A stretch of DNA of 64,000 bases from Octopus vulgaris (lineage: Eukaryota): contig OX597821.1 in NCBI GenBank assembly GCA_951406725.2, positions 35,836,001 to 35,900,000 of the forward strand, read 5' to 3'. Below are positions 56,401-64,000 of this stretch, in pieces (position 1 is the stretch's first letter; each line of letters begins with the position of its first letter). Both the position numbers and the translations under genes were made by a program. The notes under the pieces are model-generated. The model searched no databases and was not told where the DNA came from. It saw nothing but the letters and a program-made list of their open reading frames with translations.

Positions 56401-57039
56401 TATCATGATATCTGTTTCATGATGATTCACGGCTGGTTTCAAACTGAGGCCGACATCATGATTGCTGTTTAATGCTCTGTGAACATTATAAAGGATGTAA
56501 GACATCATAACAACCAAGTTCACCACAAATTCAGATAGTCTTTGTGTGTGTTTCAAAACATACTACCCGCTATGTTTGAATATGTCCTTAGGCTAAATTC
56601 AGAACGACTATGTGTGAAGCTGCTGGAGAGCGTGACCAAAAACTGGCTGCTGAGTGTTATAGCAGGAAGAGTGCATGAGGGGTAGCATCCTTCGGAAACA
56701 GAAGGAAAAACTAGCCTGAGAATTTCTACAATGTCCACAGCGCCAAAATCTGGTCACCCGATGGTTAACAAAGTCACCAACAGCTCTGGAGGCACTCGAA
56801 AATGTTCTCAAGAAGATAGAGATAAACGAGTGCGCCAGGTTTTGGAGACGTCTTCAGGCAGTAGTGCAAGCTGAAGGCAAGGTACTTTAAGTAAACTGAC
56901 ATTTCCCTGTGATAACCTAATTAATTTTTTTTTATTTTTACAATATATTTAGTTTTTGGTTGGTTTCTGTGCTTTCTTTCCTATTATGCAAACTGAAAAA
57001 AATTATCCCCAACACGCTGTATATCATATATATATATAT

Positions 57040-57420
57040 ATCTTTATATATATAAAACTGAGAATGTGTGTGTGTCTGTCTGTCTGTCTGTGTGTTTCCA
57101 TAAAACTTGAGAACTACACAACCAATTTCATTCAAATTTTACATATGCATTACTTAGGGTCCGGGGAGTGTCATCGGCAAAGAATTTTGAACTTTTTGCC
57201 TAGGGCGAGCCCACAGCAATATCATATCTTCTCCACTACGATTCCCAAAAACTCGAGAACTACACAACCAATTCCATTCAAATTTTGCACATGCCTTACT
57301 TAGAGTCCATGTAGTTTCATGGGCCAAAAAAATGTTCAACTTCTTGCCTAGAGTGAGCACATAGCAATATCATATCTTCTCCACAATTTCAGTATTACGT
57401 GTTAAAAGTGAAACAAAAAC
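57040..57420 (+). mobile_element. probable non-autonomous Helitron-like 5' end with an internal ~145-nt tandem duplication
   Basis: a|TCtttatatatataaaa followed by (GT)n(GTCT)n; about 57103-57240 is repeated at about 57248-57388; no 3' hairpin/CTAG end identified. Confidence 0.5.
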
Positions 57421-57709
57421 GTTTCTCTATTTTATGTCAAATACTTCCACTTTAACAATAAAAATAATAATAACAATTGAATTATATGTAGTAAGTAATA
57501 ATTAAAATCAAAAGTAACATAACAAAAGTAAAAATTGGTATAAAATTGCATCAATGAGTTGAACTTGAATAAGTGGTTTCACATGAATGGGAATAAATTA
57601 AAAATAAAATTAGCGTGCAGAAATGGAGTAGTCCAGATGGATAAAAAAAAATTAAATTAAAGAAAAGACTATTGTCTATAAAGTATACAATGTAGAGAAA
57701 AAAGGTCGC

Positions 57710-58300
57710 GTTTTTTTTTTGCGCTCTGTAAAATTCGGTTAAAAAAGAAAAAAGAACAAAAAGTGAATTGTGGTTGCGGAATTGGAACGTCGGTTGGTGC
57801 GGTTTCGCGTCGCACTGGTTCTGTGCGTCGCACGTTTTCTGTTCGGGAGGCCGTTTTTCGGTCTGAGGCGACTATGAGCCGCCTCTACCAAACGGATGAG
57901 ATGGAAGGGAGAAATTTCTCTGAAAATTCGTCGACATCTGAGGAGGAGTTGGCGGTGAAAAAAATGGAAAGCACCTACGCAGGTGTAACGAAGAAGTCAA
58001 CAGAAAAAGAGATAGACCTGGCTAAGTTAACGGGCTTCCAGGAGTTCATGAAGGAGGTCGAGAACGGAGAGGTCGAGCTGCAGGGCGCGGAGACTGGTTC
58101 CATCGTAGAACCATTAAATATAAAGTAGTTATGAATGGAGGTTGAAAAATGGAAGTGATTAACATGGAAGCAATTGAAGAGGCTCTCAAACAGACAGGAG
58201 AAGAAATTGTGTACATGACAAAAGGATTAGAATATGGAACCATAACGGTACAATTTAAAAGTGACAATAGATAGACAATGGTGACGGGGTTTAACTTTAA
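57710..58300 (+). mobile_element. possible LINE 5'UTR/ORF1 remnant
   Basis: GC-rich leader, then the charged ORF MSRLYQTDEMEG...STYAGV; family not identified. Confidence 0.35.
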
Positions 58301-58999
58301 ATATATACTAGCGTCGATTCGCAGTCCTTCAACTGCAACCATGGTTATTGTTATTACCTCAGCAGGGTATGCAGTGACGTAATTTGATCACTTGAAACTA
58401 TGATGCTACGACAAGGAAATTGCCTCTTTATATCACAATAGTATTGAAGAATAATTTCCTTAAATATTCATGATTTCCTCATATTTATTCATGAACAAAT
58501 GTGTAGAGCATTGACCGGCAGGGGAAAATAAGTTTGGACAATTGCAAAATATACGATATTTATTCCAGATGTGAACATTAAAAAGCCATGACACTAAAAA
58601 GTTATTTTGATGCGGATTACGTGTGTGGCAGAGAAATCCTAATTTTGGAATATCATTTCCAGTAGCACTTTCTACGAGACTCAATATAGTTTTAAATAGC
58701 CTATGCTGACGAAAGAAAGTAAGGAAAGAAACAAATAAAATTATATTTCATTTTTCAAACATAATATTAGTTTATGAAAATTATACATGGGAAAACGAAT
58801 TTTTTCCAAATTCACTATAAATTTAACTCAAAAATAACTTGACAAATTATATATTAGATGCTTATAATACTTTTAATTATTACAATACAAATTAACCAAA
58901 TTTTTAATTTTGAATGAAATTTTTATGATGGAAGTTTGAAACAGGAATTGCGCAGATAACTGAATTCTGCTCTGTAGCTATACACCATCAAACAAAAAA

Positions 59000-59630
59000 C
59001 GTTCTAGCACTTATAGCCAAAGTCTATGCCTGCACATCATTAGCCACGCACGCCTTAGTTGTTCGTTTGGTAGATGCTGACACCCAATTGATGGTCTAGC
59101 CAACGGAACACGTCCGAACAACAGTAAACGAGAAAGCAAGCTCTAATCTGGTCAACAATGAAGCGGGAGAAGGCATGACGGTTAGGGGTTTGAATATGTC
59201 GCATGCAATGTAAACATTCACCATCTACTCCCTGCCCTTCAGAGATTGTTTCTTCTCAGCTCTTTTTAGGTGAGATTAGCCTTCCGCTCGCATCACTACC
59301 TCTTTCCATTTCTTGTGCAAATGGATGCTTGGAGCAAACCAAATCCCGAGTAATACAAATCCTCCATCCTTCTGTTCGAAGGTGTGGATTTTATTACCAC
59401 GGGTGCAGCCCTGCAGACCCAGGGATTTTCCCTGGTTAACTTTTGCTCCTGTAACAGCCTCAATGTTCCTCATGGCAGTAATGATCACCTTAATGTATTT
59501 GGTGTCCGATACTATCACAGTGGCGTCATCTCCAAATGAAGACACGATTCTTCCAGATCCTAGTCTTGAAGGGATCAATCAAAACCTTGAACTTCTGAAA
59601 AAGTTGCTCTACATTCAGTAAGTACGGACG

Positions 59631-59666
<36 letters not shown>

Positions 59667-59900
59667 GGTCTCGTTTTACTGCCTGGGAGCATGATATCAA
59701 ACTGCTCCTTCAAGTGATCATCTTCTCTGGCCACCGAGCAAATATAATAGTACATTGCAACACTCCAGTTTCTGAAGATTACTGGAAACTAGCCGCCTTA
59801 AGGAAAACAGCCAAGTATTGATGGTTGAGGCAATCAAATACTTTCGACTGATCTTAATTGAGAAAAGCCCCATTCTTATCATATGACATACCTAACATAT
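59000..59900 (-). mobile_element. L1/Tx1-like RT fragments
   Basis: SFGDDATVIVSD...EAVTGAKVN..KS, LGIWF, DQSKVFD.LNH.Y. Confidence 0.7.
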
Positions 59901-60439
59901 CTGTTTCAAATGGCATATGTTTGTGCCTCCCCTAGGAGTGTAGCAATGACAAGTGTCATCCTCTATACTAACACTTTGTCCAAAATCTCCTATAATTTAA
60001 ACAGAGTTATTAGAATTATAAAATCCATGCTCCTTTTCCTGGTCATTTTGCACTAGCACCAATATACGTATTTTATCTGGATAGAAAAATCTCCTGTTCT
60101 GCTGCTTTTTGCAGTACATATCATACAAGACGCTCTCAAACAAATCTGGCACATGCGCATATGACGATAAAACCTATAGGACAGTCTTTCCAAAACCGGT
60201 AACTTCCCAATCTAGCATCCAGTCAACTCTTTCTTATTTCGTTAATCATTATCGGCCTCTCACAGAACTCCATAGCCTCAATCAAGAGCTGCTGCAAACA
60301 AGCAAGTTAGGTGATAAAGTTCAATCCCGCTCACCGCGTCTCTCCAAACAATTGAGCAATGCGCAACTGAAAAGCCGCACACATCTACTTGAAATTGAGT
60401 ATCACGTGCCCTTCCTAAGCTATCAAATACCGAATTGTG

Positions 60440-61560
60440 GTTTGTTGATACATTGATCCTCTTTTACCTTGCCCACCATGAGGCTTTCCCTCATGACCTA
60501 GACCATTCGCCCTCGCTCCGACAAAGTAACCTATGTAAATATCAAAGCAGAATCGGTCAATGGTCACTGTCGCCATCTGCAAGTCAATCGAAATGCCTTT
60601 TTTAAACGCCTCTTCCGCCAAGTATTGATAGTGATCCAGTGATGTTGGGAATTTTAGTGAACTTTATGTTCATGTCTATGTTATTGAACGTCGTGATATT
60701 CTGTCAGTCTCTTCACGGGAGGATGTGAGTGTGAGGATGTCATCTACGTATCTGGTGAAGAAGGCGCATGAGCGGCAGAGTGCTTGAAGTTCCAGATGGT
60801 TCATATAAGTGATGGCTAGTAGGCTCAAGAGACTGAATCCCATGGGGAAACCTGTTGTCTGTTTGTATTTGTGTTCCTGGAAATAGAAGTAGGTGTTGTT
60901 CACGATGATGGACAAAAGTTTAAGTATATCAGCTGCGGTAAGTTCGAAGCATTGGCTGTTGGACGTTATTATGCAGTCAGTCAATAGGTTGACCGCTGAG
61001 TGTGCTGACACCGTTGTGTACATTGAGACAACGTCAAGACTAAGGGCATATCTATTCTGCCTAAGTCGGTGTAGGGGCACCTGGTGCAGTCTTTTAATGA
61101 CTTCGGAGTTCTTCAACGTGTCCAGGAAATGTGGAGAGTATGGGTTTCAGGATGTGAGAAAGTAACCAGGATATTTTAAATAGAGGTCCTTCCATGTTGG
61201 AGACAATGGGTCTAATCTGGATCGTGTCGCTATTCTTGTGTGTGTTAATGAGGGGATAAAATCTGGGTATTCTACTGTTCTTTGTGATGAAGTTGTTCTT
61301 GAATTTATTATGTATTTGTCTCCGTCTACAGATGTCCGTCCATGCGGTGTTAATTCGCTCCTCAATGCTGGTCGCACTTATATCTGTCACTTCAGAATAT
61401 AGCCTGACATTGCTTAAATGTTCTAGTGCCAGTCTATCATATAGTTCACAAGAAATCACGCAGATTTCTTTTCCTATATCTATCTGATGGTAAGTATACA
61501 AGATTTTTGCTTTTTAGTTTGGTCAGTGTTTTATATTGCGCCTTGGTAAAGTTTGGAGCT
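60440..61560 (-). mobile_element. Penelope-like element RT (frameshifted)
   Basis: IPRFY.L..THK, IRPIVSN, SLDVVSMYT.V, YKQTTG.PMG, RYVDDIL. Confidence 0.88.
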
Positions 61561-63129
61561 ATTTTTTATTCCTTCCTTAAGATGTTGGAGACTGTTTCTG
61601 CCAGCCCGCCACCTTAGAACGTAAACATTCATTTTAACAATATATACTTTATTCTTATTGCTAAGCCTTTCTTCCTTACTCTCTAACTTACTGACACGAA
61701 ATTTCGTAGCATTTCACCCCATAACTATTCTTCTACTAATTTTTGTTCAATACGACTAACGACTCTGAATTCCTCATGCATTTTTCTATCATTTAAGCAT
61801 AAAAAAGTATACTTTTATTTTTCAACTAAAAAGTTTATGTTAATTGAATGTGAATAGGGACCTTACTGCACCCCATGAGGTCGCAGACATTTTGATATAA
61901 ATTTTTTTTCTTCTGAACCAAATCTCAAACTATTTATACCAAAGTGTAGCTGAGGAGGTGCCCCCTTTAAAACTGTTAACAGTTTGCAATTGACGAAGTG
62001 ATGGACTTAAGAATATAGTCAAACACTATCGTGCTTGAATGATACACTATCAGCATGCCAGAGATCAACATAGCGTCATTCTAGGCCTGTTTGACAGTTA
62101 TAGTTTACACAAACTCTCAAGAGGCTCGCCGCATAGATAAATACGACAGAATGACTTTATAAACATAATCTTTACAAACAAGATCTTTTTCTTTCTTTTT
62201 TTTTTTTGTTGCCACTTTTCAATTTCTTCAATTTTGTTTCAATAAATTTCAAATTTGGTGTATTTATATAGTTTTGTATACTAATTATTGACATGAAATT
62301 CAGTTTTGCCACAAATCAATAAATAAACAGCTGATAGCTTTCATTTTCTATACCCAACTCTTGAATGATTAACACTACGAAATATGTGTTATTTACTTAT
62401 TTACTCGTTGTTTGGCTATTTTTCGTTTACTGAATGCATAAACACGTGCCATCAAGTAATGCTGACATTATTTTTTTGTCGTTTCACACAAAATGACAGC
62501 TTTTTAATCCTGTTTTCTGTCGCAGTAAACATCTTTAAACATCTATAACTTTTTTAAATAACAATGGAATAAGTGAATATGGCTCTGAAATACAGCATGA
62601 AAAATTTCTTGTACAAATACGTATTGAAACAACGGACATGAATGATTAACACAGACTGATTTGTGAAAATCGTTAGCAATTAGACAATCAAAATCTTTTT
62701 GATTGTTTTTTTTCTATACATTATGTACTCTCTGTTATGAAAACCTCAATGTATTAATTCAGGGTAAACTGGAAAGGCGACGATTTAATCATCACGTTGT
62801 ATAACATCTGATAGTAAACTGAATGACCGTGGATACGCCGTGAGAAGAGTCACTGCATTCTCCCTTTGAAGTGGGATATATCTTATATTTGTAAAGCTCT
62901 GAGATAGAACAAAAGCTAGCAAAATTCATATTTCTAAATAGGTGGTATTGCAAAATGTATGCATATCTAAACAAAATCGTCGTTGACAACAAATACCCAA
63001 ATATTGTACAACGTACTAATTACTGGCTTTCATGTAACACTTTATATACTTATATCTATAAATGTATTTTCAACTTTTCTTATAAACCTCTTTAGAATGA
63101 CTTACGAAAACACAGAATTTTCTACAAAT

Positions 63130-63535
63130 ATCGGTTCCAAATTACGGGACAAGATCAGCAATTTCTGGAGGGAGTGTTGGCCGATTACATCGGTCCCATT
63201 GCCCAACTGGTACTTACTTTAATCGACTCCGAAAGAATGAAAGGCAATGTCGACCTCAGTGGAATTTAAACTTAGAACATAAAGACGGACAAAATACCTC
63301 TCAGCATGTTGCGGGCGAACTAAACGGTTTTGATAGCTCCTCGCTCTGTTTTCCTACGAATATTAAACAATGATTTCAAAATAGCAATGCTATTTTGGTA
63401 CTTATTTTATCGGCCACTAAAGGATGGAAGGTAAATTCGACCTCGGAGGAATTTGAGCCCAGAACATAAAGACGGACGAAATGCCAATAAAAATTTTGCC
63501 CGCCGTGTTAACACCTAAGCCATCTCACCGCCTTA
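63130..63535 (-). mobile_element. two old tandem SINE family B copies
   Basis: gaaaggcaatgtcgacctc...; tcgacctcggaggaatttgagcccagaac...ctcaccgcc. Confidence 0.7.
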
Positions 63536-64000
63536 ATAATATTAATAGTAATAACAACATCAGAAACAAAAACCAGGAACAAAAATAAGAACAATACATT
63601 TAAACAGAAGGCTACAAGTATTTCGACGGAGCGGGAGTCGACTGTACTTACCCCAAACATTGAGTGGGACTTATTTTATCGACCCTGTATGATAGAAGAC
63701 TCAGTCGTCGAACGATAGCTTAAATGGCCGAAACGACAAAGTCACTGTCAATAACATACTTGTTGAGCATCATATAAAATATGTCAAATGAATCAAACGC
63801 ATTATTTTGAATTTGATTATCAATTTCACTATTTCAAATGATCCGTGCGAACATATTTCCAGGCAAAGAATGACAATTTATGCTTAGCTTGTGAAGCAAT
63901 ATAAGCATTCGTTGCCTCAGAACAATAGAATAATATATAAATAATAATACGCTAGCTACTATTTCTAAAACATCGTTTAATATTCGTAGGAAGACGCAGT

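Noticed and set aside
57100-57390. Direct repeats suggestive of a CRISPR array or LTRs
   Set aside because: Only two ~145-nt diverged tandem units with no spacers, in eukaryotic DNA; internal to a probable Helitron-like repeat.

Overview
Eukaryotic, AT-rich, repeat-dense animal DNA. The SINE families and microsatellite load look like an Octopus genome (inference from recall, not verified). One protein-coding gene is recoverable by hand: the 3' part of an M13 (neprilysin/ECE-family) zinc metallopeptidase on the + strand, with 14 GT-AG exons from 1890 to a stop at 44469 (1281 nt, 426 aa, all phases compatible). Its 5' exons lie upstream of the window. Catalytic motifs are intact (VNAxY, HEMMH, ENIAD, DVHSP..R), but both cysteines of one conserved disulfide and several conserved Trp residues are replaced. 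The rest is decayed transposons: three tRNA-derived SINE families; RTE, CR1, L1/Tx1, R2-like and R4/Dong-like LINE fragments; Penelope-like elements; mariner DD34D and maT DD37D; a MITE; and a probable Helitron end. The most interesting non-coding signals are hammerhead-ribozyme motifs. One lies in a young, circularly permuted 571-nt tandem/inverted element (retrozyme-like, 12950-14130). Another lies in inverted Penelope terminal repeats that also carry a tRNA-like Pol III head (45300-46410). Nearly all ORFs in the supplied track are microsatellite or TE artefacts. TE boundaries are approximate, and all alignments were done by eye.
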